A stretch of 64,000 bases of DNA, taken from Kudoa neothunni (taxonomy: Eukaryota > Animalia > Cnidaria). The stretch covers positions 8,267,550 through 8,331,549 of the forward strand of contig OZ199838.1 of assembly GCA_964304625.1 (NCBI GenBank). The letters run 5' to 3'. The notes under the pieces are model-generated. The model had not been told where the DNA came from. It ran no database searches and worked only from the letters and a program-made list of their open reading frames with translations. The position numbers and the translations under genes are program-made. Positions 43,866 to 57,239 of this stretch are shown here, piece after piece; positions within the stretch are counted from its first letter, which is position 1, and each line of letters starts with the position of its first letter.

Positions 43866-45514
43866 GTTTCCTTTACTTCAATCATTGGATTAATAAATTA
43901 TATTTGAAAAAGGGTGTTTTTCCTCTATGAGATTTACAATATGATATATAGATTATATTACTTTCTATACTTTTTAAAAACAATTTAATTCAGGGTTAAA
44001 TTGTTTGATCTTTTTTAGATTATGAAAAATTCATCGGAAACTTTCGAATATAACCAACGAAATGCTCAGTTATATCACGTTTGTAATTCCCTATCATTTT
44101 ATTGCCCATCATGAAGTTATGATAGACGCATAACGATTCATCGATTTCGTGCTCAATACAACTTTTTTAACCGTTTTGTGATTTTTTTCAAATCAACACT
44201 CATGAATTGTGTAAAAATAAGAAATGATTATCAAAAAACCTTGTCAAGCAAACGGCACATACAAGTTAACCGAATAACATTAGTTTCTTATAAAATATTC
44301 GAGTCAAAACAAATCATGTTTTCCTGACATAACAACATCCGACGAAAATATTATAGTTCAGCTCATAAGACGTAATTATGGATCACTGAATTCGCCATAT
44401 ATTGTTTTTGAGTCTGTTTTTAACTCTTTTAATTTTATGCAATTGTCTGATAACTTTTCGGTCGTTTTTGAATAACTATTCTTAAATGATGTTTCGTCTT
44501 TATGCTTGATAATTTGCAAATAAGGAAAAATTATTCATGTATATAATTTAGTTGATGAATTTTATTTATTTGCATATTACTTAAAATTTTAACACTTCTT
44601 TAAAAATTCATTAAACAACACTTTTATTGGTAGCTTAGAGTTTGAATCATTGGCATTAACGTCTTTTCCTGTATTTAAGCAGTCCGAATTCCAACACATA
44701 CAACACGATTCGAGGCTATTTAAAAATGATCTACGGTCATGATAAGTCTATGCATCACCAATAATGATGAAAAAATCCATAATGTCTGTCTCAGCTAGTG
44801 CATGAAATTTTAAAATGTGTTTATTTTCATAAATTTTTGGCATGTTCTTTTTACCCTGAATTTCTGTATTCTTCGGGCTTTAAGTATGAATTATTAAAAT
44901 CTGTAATTTAACTTGAAGTTAATGAATTTCTATTGCAGATATTTTAATTATAAATAAAACACCGCGCTAAGTATAAAAACATCTGTTTAAAGATTTCTCC
45001 TAATGAAATAAACAACGAATATATTTACATTTTTTGGACTGAACGATAATTTCTTTCCTTTGAAAATTTTTTTGTGATGATGTGACATTTCAAAAAACAA
45101 GAATGAAAAAATCGAACGAATTTAGCCAATTTGTTTGAGATAGGACATCGTTGTCAACGCCGATTTCAACTAAAATAGCAATAATATTTCTTTTACATGT
45201 ATGTTTTTGTTTACATTTGCTTATATTATTTTAAGTTTTATATATAGAATGTAATATTTGATTATGAAAATAAAAATCTTAAAATTAACTAGAGCAGCCT
45301 ATCTAATATTATTTTTCAGCTCCAGATAGTGCGTTTATTTAAAAGGTTAGGCTAAAAAAATTTAAAAATCAAAAGATTTAATAAAATATCGTTAATAATA
45401 GAGTATAAAACAATTTACTTATATGGATGAGGAAATTGAAGAAATCTTAGTTTTTATGCTGACATCGACATTACTAACAAATATTTTTTTAGTTTCATAA
45501 TTTCGATTCATTTA

Positions 45515-48041
45515 CCCTCCGAAGACGTTGGGGTCAATTTTACCCCAAAGTAAAATTAAAATCAATATTACTTCTTGTGCACTTTTTAAAATTTCTCTAT
45601 TTCTTATCTATTTTCCTAAATTTGTGTACAGTATGCAATGATAAAATTAGGGGAAAAATAATCACAATAATAATATGTAAAAAATTTTTATCTTCGGAGG
45701 ACTTTTGGGGTCAAATTGACCCCAAGTTTTTATTTTACGATATTATTATAAAAAAATTTTTGAAAGTGGAGACGTGTTTAGTTTGAATTCTATCGACTCA
45801 TTTGTTGGTAAAATGGTGATTAATATTACATTTAATCCATGTTAATACCTTACTAATAGTCTCGGATCCAGTTCGCAAATTATCGTACAAAAAAATAACA
45901 CTTCGCGTATAATTTTTCAGTTGATAGATTGAAGATTAAACATTCATCACGCAAAAAAACAACTATATAAATTTGTAAAATTTTATTCGGAGTATCTAAC
46001 TAATTCAACACTTCTTACATTTCTTTGATGAATGAATTGAGCAATAGTATTTATTGTAACAGGAGCATTTGGTTTGAGTTTTTTTATCGGTTCCTCGAGG
46101 ACAATATTCACATCGACGTCTTTTTTTGGCGATTTGGAAAGTGTTAGTTGGGGTCCCTAAATGGGGTGATTTTGCTTTGACAATTTCCCCATTCTGTAAA
46201 TTACGATCTATGAGAGGTTGATAGAGACCTTGTGCGATTTCTTTTAAAAATATACGACGTCTTTTAAATTTGCAATTTAAAATTATTTTATGTAATGAGA
46301 ACGCATTTATAAGTGACAAATCTATCATATTGAAAAATACGATCATTGGCCACCTACGAGTGAATCGACGTGTCGAAACCGATGCCAACATACGATAGAC
46401 AGTGTCGACCCCTCCTTTGGTTTTATTGTAATATGTAATAATTTCAGTTTTTTTAGGAGAATCATTCATAATTTTTACATTATTAGTTCCCCTAGACAAG
46501 ATTATAACACTCTTATTCGTTTTATTCACATAAGAGGTGAGCATATTCTTTTGGAAAAATACAAATGTGGTGCTGAAAAGATTTCTATTTTTAGACGGAA
46601 GAACACATGGAGGGAGCTCCCTCTTATTGTGCCTTACAGTTCCAAGATATGTTAATTGTTTTTCCAACAGTTTAGACGCAAGACAAACCGAGTAAAAAAA
46701 GTTGTCAGCAACGATATTCCTCCCAGAGTTGAACAAAGGTTCCGACAGTGATAACACAATATTTTCCCCAACCTTTGCATTGCATTGCGTTGATTTGAGT
46801 TATTATTTTTCCCGAGGTACGGTAAAATATTAATGATATACTCTTCAGCCGGATCAACAGCTAGAAAAAATTTGATGCCGTATTTTGCCGGTTTGAGGGA
46901 CATATATTGTTTGAAGGGACACCTCCCTCTAAACGCAATTAACCGTTCATCGATTGTCACATCCTCATTCGGCGAAAAATACTTCGGAATTTCCCTTGAT
47001 CAAATTTCCCACAATTCTCTTATAGGACAAAACTTATCCATTTGTTTCTTTTGCGCCCTTGTAGAATAATTGTCAAAATGGAGACATCTTGTGATTTGCT
47101 TAAAGCGCGTCTTCGAAAAAATATTTCGGTATATCTCCCTACCTTCTGATAGACTGAATAATTCAGATAATGGCTCTTCACGATCCTTGTGTAGAACTAA
47201 TAGAATGAGGATCCCCAAATAACCGTTCAATTCATTAGAATCCATATCTATCCAGTCATCCTTCAACTAATGTTTCCCAAACAGATTTGTGCAATCGAGT
47301 ATTTTTTACAGATAGTTTCTGAAAAAAATATGGAAAAACTGTCCAAAATATTGTGAAACCGTTGGTAACAATATGTGGTAGGACCAGGAGGGGGGTTCAA
47401 AATGTTTTCCCCCAAGTGCGTTTTGTTTGAGGTATTTTGGGGTCCCATGCAATTCCTGATTTACTAAGATTTGAGCTTGTGAATACTGTTGTCTCCATTG
47501 AATCGGATGAATCTACTGATGAATCCAAAAAGCAGTCGTCAGGCTCGCTTCCTGGCGATTCTAATTCACTATTGAATTCGCTGTAATCACTCATCGACAT
47601 TTGTTTAGTTAGAGTTTAACACAAGGTGAAAATTAAAATTTGGGATAAAAAACCAACTGAAAAAGTATTACGGCCTAAGTGAAAATAAATAAGAATTGTT
47701 ATTTTCGGGTATGTATTAAGTTATTGTTTACCTAAACTTAAAATGAAAATATTTTTCCAGAAATTGACCCCAAATTATTATTTTAAACAACAAATTAGCT
47801 ATTAAACAGTGGCTTACATTGTACGATCATTTCCTAACAGCTTACGAATAACTATGTAAAAGATTTAACAGGATTACTTTTTATGTTTCACATTGTTTTA
47901 CTAAAAAACTAGTCAATAGAAATCGAAATTATCGGAAAATTGAATTGGTAACAATTTTTGTAATTAGTTTAGCAAATAATAATCTGGGGCCAAATTGACC
48001 CCAAAAGACCTCCTAAGATGGTTTTTAGCGACTTTAGAAAG
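45515..48041 (-). mobile_element. piggyBac (PGBD4-like transposase, frameshifted)
   Basis: Left end CCCTCCGAAGACG; decayed right end before TTAA at 48042. Palindrome TGGGGTCAAATTGACCCCA. ORF pieces 47600 to 46005 carry TIDERLIAFRGRCPF, VADNFF, YNKTKGGVD and a C-terminal CRD. Confidence 0.9.
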
Positions 48042-48075
48042 TTAATATACCAAGTCAAATTTTAATCTAGATGTA

Positions 48076-51000
48076 CAGTTGTGTCTCAATATTGCGTGAC
48101 TCGATCCTGCGTAATTTAACTTTATTGGAGTTATGTGCTTTAATTCACTAAACAAAGTATAATAGTCATATTAATTAGGCTTAAATGGATAATTATACAA
48201 AAAACAAAAACTTTGAATAAGCGGATATCAAACTAATTAGGAAAAACCTTATGTCTCGCTATTGCGTAACTCGTTTTTAAAATTTTAATCCCTTTAACCC
48301 TCAGAAGACGGAGCTCAACAAACTAACGCGTGGGACGAGGGGGGTGCATTATGCACCCCAGCAAATTTTCATGTTATTACTCTTTATTGATGCAATATAC
48401 CGTTTAATTTGATTAAAATTTATTTAAATATTAAAAAGATCCACCCAGAAGTCAAAATAGTGTAGCTCTATAGAAAAAAACGCATTTAACTAATAAGAAC
48501 GATCCATTAAAGAAACGATGGATCAACGTAGTATTCAAGCGAAACATATTCAATAAAACAATAAAGCTCTCTATAAATTCTTAGAAGATTCAGCATTCGG
48601 CTTCAGTGTTTTTCTCACATCGACACCGAGAGTCGAGCCATCCAGGTTTATGCAAACTACCGACTATTCTCGTTAATCCCATATATGGATAATAAGATTA
48701 AATTAGCAGGGAATTCTTTCTCACCTAATAATCATCGTTGCATTGTAGTTTTCGATTCTATAACTTGGTAAAAACGAAATGTAATATAGATAAATACTGA
48801 TGATTGAATAGAATAAATTAATTTCATGTATAAATATCAATCTTAACGATATGAGTTAAGTATTTTAGGATTTATTTTCACTTGTAGCTTTCAAAACTTA
48901 TTATATTATTTATTATTATTAATGGGTTCAGTTGAATTTTCAAAGCAGCATCGAACGCACGAAAATAAATATTCCAATTAAAAAAATTTGTAAGTTAGCT
49001 ATTACAATTTTAACTAAAACATGATATATTCATTGTGTAATTTTCATTATATTCTCGAGGAGATGAATACCATACATAAATGGACTTTGAACTAAAAAAT
49101 ATTCCATAATTTAAAAAATCTGTTAAAATGGGACTACTTTTTGAACATTAGTTTGATTCCATATTACAACTAAGACATTGTATAACTTTTTTTTTTAATT
49201 TGATGCGAATGACACGCTGCCTTCTTGCATGTGTAGCATGGAACTCTGGACTTCTTGTCAATATTCCTTGGACAAAGCGTACATCTTGACTGTACTGGAA
49301 TTAAAGTTTCTTCATTAGAAATAGATGTTTGACCGTCCTTTATGTATTTGTCAAATATATTAAATCCACATTTAATATGAGTGATAAGTATGTCCTAAAC
49401 TTTGACGACTCAAAACATTCGGTTTGATTAATTCAGTTGCCAGCTCCCGAAGAAAATATTGGCACCGACTTCGATCACTTGATCGCCAGTCTGGGAACCT
49501 CGACATCCATATAATATAAGAATTCAATGTTGATATATCAATAAGGTCCATAAACAACCTGAATGGCCATCTTCTTGTTGTCCGAGCACAGCTGTACTGT
49601 TGCGTCATTCGATCGCCATTGTCAACGCCCCCTTTGGTCTGATTATAATTTAGAATAATTTCGGGGCGTTTTCTTTCTGATGGTTCGATCGAACTATCAT
49701 AGATTTCAGTCGACAATAGAAAAACATTACGATTTTTCTTGGGAATATATGACACTAATGTCACATCTTCAGAGAAGCAAAATCTCGACGATAGCTCATC
49801 ACGATTCGTCATATCTCGAAGAATATCAGCTAAATATCTGTTGCTTCTTCTCAAAGTTCCAGTAAGTGTAATATTTTTCTGTAGTAAAAATAATGCCAAG
49901 GGGACGGAGGTGAAAAAGTTGTCAATTGTTAATCCTCACCCAGAACCAAAAAACGGAGTCATGAGGTATTTGACAACCCTTTCCCCTTGTTTAGTCTCGC
50001 GTACGTTGCCCATCCTTCCTATGTACGGTTGCACATTCAGCAAATATGAGGTGTCAACATCGGCTGCAACCCGAAGTTTCCTACCATTCGTTCATCAATG
50101 GTTATAATGTAAACCGGGTGAAAAATTTCCTCGAAAAGATATATTGATTTCCTCGAAAATCTCACGGATAGGTTCTAATTTGTCATATGAGCTATCGGTT
50201 CTTGGTGTTCTCCTTGATTTGTCATCAAATCGGATAGTCCGATAAATGAGGATGAATCGATCCCTCGACATTGCAGCTGAAAAAAAGGCTGCTTAAATAG
50301 GGGGTGAGTTTCCCAGAGGAGTTTGAGGGACACTCTTGATCCATTACAACGACCAGACGCAATCATAACACCAAGGAAGGCCATTAATTCTTCCATCGTT
50401 ATTGCATTTGTATGTTTATACTGAGTGCTTGATTGCCTGTACTTATTCGTGAAGATTAAATTTTTTTAACACAGAATCATAAAAAAACAGCTGGAACGAA
50501 GATAAAATTGACGAAATATTTCCTGAATTTCCTAGGGGACCAGGCTTATTGATAACATGATTGTGGCAACTCGTTCGTTTTCTTGATTTGCGGCAATATT
50601 TCCATTGGAAACCTGATTTACTAGTCATTATCCCTTGAAATATATCTAATCACTGTCGACTTCTGAGTCATCTGAAATTCCAGAATATTCAATAAAATCA
50701 TTATATGAGGATTCATCAGACCTGCGACCTTCAAATTCTAGGTCACTGTCAGCATATTCATTATTATTAAAATCTCCAATAAGATCATCTGAACTATTTT
50801 CTGATACCATAACTTTATCGAAAAATTAAATATTAACAAATTTTCATACAAACGTAAATGCACCTGCAGAACCCGAATGACAACGTTACCACTCGTGCGT
50901 TTTTGAAAATAATCCTATGGTCCATAAGGCTCGGTCGGTAAAGTTATAAATATGATTTCTTAGGTTTTTAACGTATTTCATTTTAATTTAATCAGTGCTT

Positions 51001-52919
51001 TATATGTAAAAATAAATTTTATACTATGTAGTAACCATTACTTATCATCATTTATAATTTTTGAAGGTAAAGGATAACCTGCGTCATTTTAACAAGTAAT
51101 ATTAAGCCAATTTCTTTCAAATTATCTATTTTAAATTTATAAGATAAAAATATTAATAAAATTGTGGGATTTGACAAAATATGAATCAGATTCTTAACGT
51201 GTAAAAGGGAAAATTTTTGACAATAAAAAAATTGGGATGCATAATGCACCCCCTTCGTCCCAGAAGGGTTAATCTGATGGATGCAATATAAAAGGCATGG
51301 TAAGTTATCAAATAACTAAAGAGAACATATTTAAAAAAATTGATTATTATAATTTTTTACGTTTATACTTGTTGCTAATGATAGTACAGTAAAACGTTTA
51401 AGTTAACCAAATTATATCAACTACAATATTGTCCGATAATTTAAAATAGGTCGTTAAAATCTTTTTAGAAGTTTTTCTAAACAATACAAACCCATATATT
51501 CAAACATTTCAAAATATTTCAAACTATTTAAATTTGGAAAATATAAATATATTAAAATAATTTTTACAATTGGGTAGTTTCAATGCGAGAAAAAAAAATA
51601 TTAACTATTTTTTTAATAATCGAATAATCTTGTTTTATTGCCAAAGATATTTGAATAAAAGATTTTAACGGAATCGAGGGTTAGTTTAATAATTGCAGAA
51701 GGCGTTACGGTCTGAAAAACTCAAATTGCACGGAGAAGGGGAGCACTGATTTTAAATACATTTATCAATGGATGGGAAATTTCGCCGAGATTTTGTCAAG
51801 ATACGATCTGGAATACATATTAAATTTGGATGAGACAGCTCATTTTTATGAACAACTGATACAGCGTACGTCCACTATTAAAAATTAGCACAATGTAAGT
51901 GTGTAAAACAACTCAAAAGCGTGCTAATATGTTTATCACTGCTATAATGACCGAAGAAAAATTTCAAGAAAAATAGCTGTTTTATGGGAATTAAAGAGCT
52001 TTAAGTTTAATGTCATTCGCAAATGAATGTGTGATTATCTTCATCTATATTTTATCAGATCCTCAGAGATATGAACCAAAGATTCATTATAAGAAAACAG
52101 AAAGGTGCTTTTCTTATTATAACCGTGCTCATATTGTCCTTAATCGATCGATTATTTCAAAAACATTAAGCTCCAATTTCTATCAAAAATACTGTTTATG
52201 TTGTGTGACAAATTGATCTGGGAATAATTCATCGCTTAACACCCAATTAGAGAAAAATATTATGCGTAAATATGCTGTTCAGAAAGAAGGACAAAAAAAT
52301 ATTTAAATATGCCGTGTTCGATTACTTAAATACTTTAAAATTGGCTCGAGGAATGTTTACGGTTCAAAAATTAGTGAGTTAATAAGTCGCCTATTTTTCA
52401 ACAAAATTAATTGATGTTTCCTTCATTTTTATTGAAAAATTATGAAGATAAAACTTAAAATAATGTGATAAAGAAATAACATTATAAAGTAATTAATAGA
52501 AAAATTTTACTATTCATGTGTAGATAACAATGTGTAATTATATTATTTTGTTGGAAGAAAATGAAATTATACATGTAAATTAAGATGATACAAGTAAATT
52601 TACTTTTTGAAATGTAGATCCTGACCTCATACACAACGATGAGGTCGTTACAACGTTTCAATTGAAAGATCTTATGAATCCACGAAAAAACGTGTCATTA
52701 GGAAACCTAATGAAGTATTTTCTGTACATCAAGTTAAAGATTCCTTACGCGAAATTCTCAAAAAATGAATAAAAAATTATAAAGTATATGAGTAATGTTG
52801 TAAGAAATATTAATTAAAAGTTATTGTGCATGCGCACGTGACTAGATATTACGTGATGTTTTCCTATTGCGTAATTTTTCACCGGTCCCAAAATATTACG
52901 TAATATCGAGACATGACTG
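48076..52919 (+). mobile_element. pogo/Tigger element hosting a piggyBac
   Basis: TA|CAGTTGTGTCTCAATATTGCG ... CGTAATATCGAGACATGACTG|TA. Relic KLHGEG and ILNLDETAHFYE at ~51720-51860. Confidence 0.8.
48298..51268 (-). mobile_element. piggyBac (PGBD4-like transposase, disrupted)
   Basis: TTAA TSD on both sides; CCCTCAGAAGACG / CGTCCCAGAAGGG. Palindrome GGGGTGCATTATGCACCCC near both ends. ORF 49372-49899 has YNQTKGGVDNGD and TRRWP. Confidence 0.92.
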
Positions 52920-54304
52920 TATATGAAAAAAACCAACAAAAAATGTTTTATTTAATGTATGATAATGTAATACGAACATAAACTTCTCTAAATGGTTAGA
53001 ACCAATACTTAACCCTTAAAAATTTTAATTATAACATCACAAAATTCTAATAATAATCGTGTATTATAATACTATTTTATCTACTAACATTTCACAAAAG
53101 GTAGTTTTGGACAATTACACACGTCATTTTATTGATGAAATACAAGAAATCTAAAACTTTAGTAAGTTAAAGCGATTACTTATAAATAAATTTTGTTTGG
53201 AATTTGTTAATACTTTTATTCAAATTCATATAATCTAAAAGATAATGGAACACTTTCTTAATTGATTAATATCTTAACATAATTATTTTCCGTTTGGATG
53301 TCTCAAATTACAACTTTCGGCTTTATATGAGACCAGTATTCTAAGACGTTACACCAACTTTGATGTAGTCGAACAATTGTATGTTTAATAATTGAATTTA
53401 TAAAAAGTTTTCGTGGAACAAAAGATTAATTCCCTTATGGCCTGTATCCCGATAACTAACTTCCTTATACATTATTATAATACTGGTATGTTTTTATCTA
53501 TTTGGGAATGAATGAAACGACGATTTTTATTTCCCGAAAGTATGAACTAAAAAAGTTTATTAATTAAATCTGATGCTTAAGATTTTCTGCGCATGAATTA
53601 TTCTTATTTTAACGGAAAATCGATGTATAAATGTTACATTACCTGAATTTTTTATTAAATTTAATTGTATACAAAAATAAAAGTCCTAACAAGGATAATG
53701 TATTATTTCTACAACGAAATTAATTTTGTATATTCTCTTTGAATTGTAATAAAATACTTTCAAATAGATACAAATGTTATGAACTGACTGGACTAGTATT
53801 TAAATGTATATTTTTGTAATAACCTTTTATTTGCACCGGAGGCGGTTACATCCACTGGCATATAAGATAAAATGAATTAAAAGCGCTTCGATCTCTTAAC
53901 AGTAACAAAACCTTTGAATTATATTTGAATTAGTATAGGAATTTCTATAATTTTCGAAATCCCTAGTGAATATTTACGCCTCAATTAAGTACATAATTGC
54001 GTTATACATTGATAAAATAATTTCTTCATTCAAATCTGTTCCTTATTTATTACTTAGACTTTCAATTAATTGTGCTGAGCGCGTGAATTTAAAACTGTAA
54101 ACATATTTAGACGCGGTTCATGTTATCGCGTTTTCTATCGATAAACTATTTCGTTGGTTAACTGACTTAGCCGCTATCCCTAGTGTAATGTTCAAGTCTC
54201 AGTTTACTTAAAACATTTCCGGTTCTCTGTTGTAGCTAGGAAACATAATAATCACAAACGCAATAAGAGACCTCTTAGAAAGGTTACGCTATCAAAAACT
54301 TAAA

Positions 54305-56566
54305 ATGAGAGTTAGTGTGAGAGCGATCGTCTTCACTGTTCTTGTCATAATATTTCAAATTATATTTTTTGTGCTTTACATTACATTGACTGACTATGGT
54401 CCTTGTGGTTTCCCTGAATGGATCACAAATGTTAGCTATACATTAAATTCCAGCCTATTCACATCAATATCCGGCTCCTCTGATATCACTGATACTACCA
54501 CTGATACCACATCGGTGGCATCCATCACCGTTACGTCTAGTGGTATAAACCCAGATTATTTTAAACCCATAAAAATATTTTTATAGACAGCCTGTCAACT
54601 ACAGCTACGGACACGTCTGTCACTACTACAGATACAGGTACAGCCACAACCACGGATACAGGTACGGTCACAACCACGGATACAGGTACAGCTACAACCA
54701 CGGATACAGGTACGATCACAACCACGGATACAGGTACAGCGACGACCACGGATACAGGCACAGCGACGGCTACAACCACACCTGCACCCTTAAAAGGTGA
54801 TGTTATATTGAATTAAAATAATCTATATCCATTAATTTAGCCAACAAGATTAGAAATAATGAATTTGAAATAAAATATGCTAGACACTATCCATCACCAA
54901 GATATTTCTTGCCTCCTGGTAGTTATATTCCTCCAATATCAACCGACCCAACTAAGGGACCATTTTATTGTAATTAGTCTAGTAGTTTTTGGTTTTAATT
55001 ACTAGTTTATAATAGCCACTCTACCAATAAGTGTAATGATATTTGCGGGCCTGGGCTTACTGTTCAGTGCAATCAGATGTAACAGCTTTACAGGATTGGG
55101 TTTGACATTCTTCCTTGCCTGTTTTGCTTTCGAGTGGGCAGCACTTGTTGTGCCTTGGTTACTGCAAGCCGCTATAGGCACTTTTAAACCCGAAGAGATA
55201 TACTACAACATCACCACGTAAGCCAACTAATTTGTCTGTGACAATGATTAACTTATCTAGCATACTCGATATACTATATGCAGTGTTCTCGATGATCGTT
55301 GCGTTTGGTGCATTAGCTGGACGAGCTAGCCGAGTTCAATTATTGGTGGTGGTCATATTTGGCGTTGTGCTGTATGCCGTCACTAGGATGGTTATTGTTC
55401 ATTATTTAGTTGTACTTGATCTTGCCGGATCAATGTCGGTATTCACTTTTGGAGCATTCTATGGAGTTTCCATTTCATGGGTGATCAACGCATTCTACAA
55501 ATCAGACTCCTCAATAAGTAATAACAATCGCAGGAATTATCTCTATACTGGATACGTGGAAAACCTACTTTCACTTCTCGGTAAGTATTTATGCAGTATC
55601 AATTTACACAATTTTTTATCAAGGTTCTATTCTCATATTTGTTCATTGGCCGTATTACTGTGCATATTTAATTCCTGTCACAATGGATATGTATATCAGA
55701 GCAATAGTCAATACCTATTTCTCTATGGTGTCTTGTGTGGTGATGGTGTATGCTCTTAGTTCTGTGATGACAAAGAGTAAACGAATTGACATAGTAAATA
55801 GTTTTCCATTATTCTCTACTGTGATTTTTAACAGGGCCATATTCAAAAAGCTACTCTTGGAGGTGGTGTCGCAGTGGCATCTGTGGCACCTCTGTACTTA
55901 CACATATGGGGTGCAGTATTACTCGGAGTCCTCACTGGATTGTTTTCGATTATTTTCTTAAACTACATTCAAGTAGCACATTCTAATTATAATAAAATAT
56001 TAAGAAAAATTTATTTTCAGAGACACACCCATAAAAGATATGTCTATGATAGTTATTCTGTGATGTCAGCTTTCGGTATCCCTGGAATAATTGGAGGAAT
56101 TGCAAGTGCAGTTATGGCGGCTCTTGCAGTATCACCGCTTGACTACACTTTGAACGAGTGATCAAACATTAGTTTTTAATGTTAACCTAAAGTCTTTATT
56201 TAGATTGTTCATCTTATACCCTGCTATTACCGGTCCAAACGGAGTTGGTGCTCCTAGAAGTGACACAGTACAAGGAGCCTACCAATTTGCAGGCTTACTC
56301 GTGGCAATTGGAATTGGATTAGTTGGTGGATTATTAGTTGGTATAAGTAATATTTATGCCCATTCTTTAACTATTAATGTAGGCATCATTGTGAGGTATT
56401 TGGGGCCACTTGAAGAAGATGAAGCTTACACTGATGACACAATGTTTACTTTTGTAAGTTCTAACTATCAGACACTCATAACTTTCTTTAGCCATACGAG
56501 ACCGGAAATCCATGTTGTCCGCCTGCAACAAAGTGTGAAAAAGCTTGCAAAAATGCCAAAGATTAG
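54305..56566 (+). CDS. Rh-family (Amt/Mep/Rh) membrane protein lacking the twin His, with a Thr-rich extracellular insert
   Basis: Spliced ORF without internal stops: VMIFAGLGLL, VAFGALAGR, DLAGSMSVFTFGAFYG, HWP, RAIVNTY, HIQKATLGGGVAV, FGIPGIIGG, QGAYQ. All introns are GT-AG. Stop TAG at 56564-56566. Confidence 0.9.
54622..54765 (+). repeat. Coding tandem repeat, 6 x 24 nt, TTTDTGT(A/V/I)
   Basis: Unit ACAACCACGGATACAGGTAC(A/G)NNN within Rh exon 2. Confidence 0.95.
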
Positions 56567-57239
56567 TGTCCATGCACAAACTGCCTATATTATTGAACTA
56601 ATACGATTATTTCATCTCACTAGGATGTTTATTCTATTTCCAATTTTTCAATTTATTGGGTTAACAAAAAAGTATCCAACAAACAAAAACTTTGATTGTC
56701 TTCATTTGTCAATACTAAAAGAATTTTAAAAGTTCAATTTTTTGGACGATTTAAATGTACGCAAGCATCAGATGATCATATAATTATTTAAGCGGCGTTT
56801 TTACGTATAGCAAGACGCCTGGCACAGCTTATTAGGTCCTGGCAAATCTGGCCCATTCCATTTATGCTGCGGATACCGCAGCTATTAGGACGTAACTCAG
56901 GGAGAAAAAACTCCCACGCTCGATAACCAATTTTGTGGCCTGCAATGAACCTTAATTAAATTTCAGTTCACGTCAAATCCTCACATAGATAAAATAATAT
57001 CTGATTATTAACCTTCCAAAAGTTCAAATAAGTATTGAATACTGATTTTTTCATCCAAAACCGAAGTATATTAGTTAGCATTAATAGGCAATTTTTTTCT
57101 ATTTATTTAATAGCGCTAGCTAAGTAAAGAGAAGTTTATATGTAAAGTAGAAAACATGATTATTATGTTAAACTAATCACAGTTGATATCTATAAGAGAA
57201 AAACATTGTCCAAAGAATGTTTCCACATGTAAATATTCT

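Noticed and set aside
42960-45300. Possible long decayed transposase
   Set aside because: No recognisable motif or termini, apart from the solo LTR inserted in it.
54622-54765. Regular repeat as a possible CRISPR array
   Set aside because: Contiguous 24-nt coding repeats with no unique spacers, in a eukaryotic exon, with no cas genes.
54561-54779. Minus-strand Val-rich ORF (VVVAVPVS repeats)
   Set aside because: Antisense shadow of the Thr-rich Rh repeat exon.
56205-56729. Long C-terminal extension of Rh suggested by the ORF track
   Set aside because: It reads through introns; the strong GTAAGT donor at 56454 predicts a stop at 56566.
56785-56900. GC-rich patch with hairpin GCTGCGG-ATA-CCGCAGC downstream of Rh
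   Set aside because: Could not assign it to an ncRNA or pair it with a partner TIR; probably a transposon end remnant.
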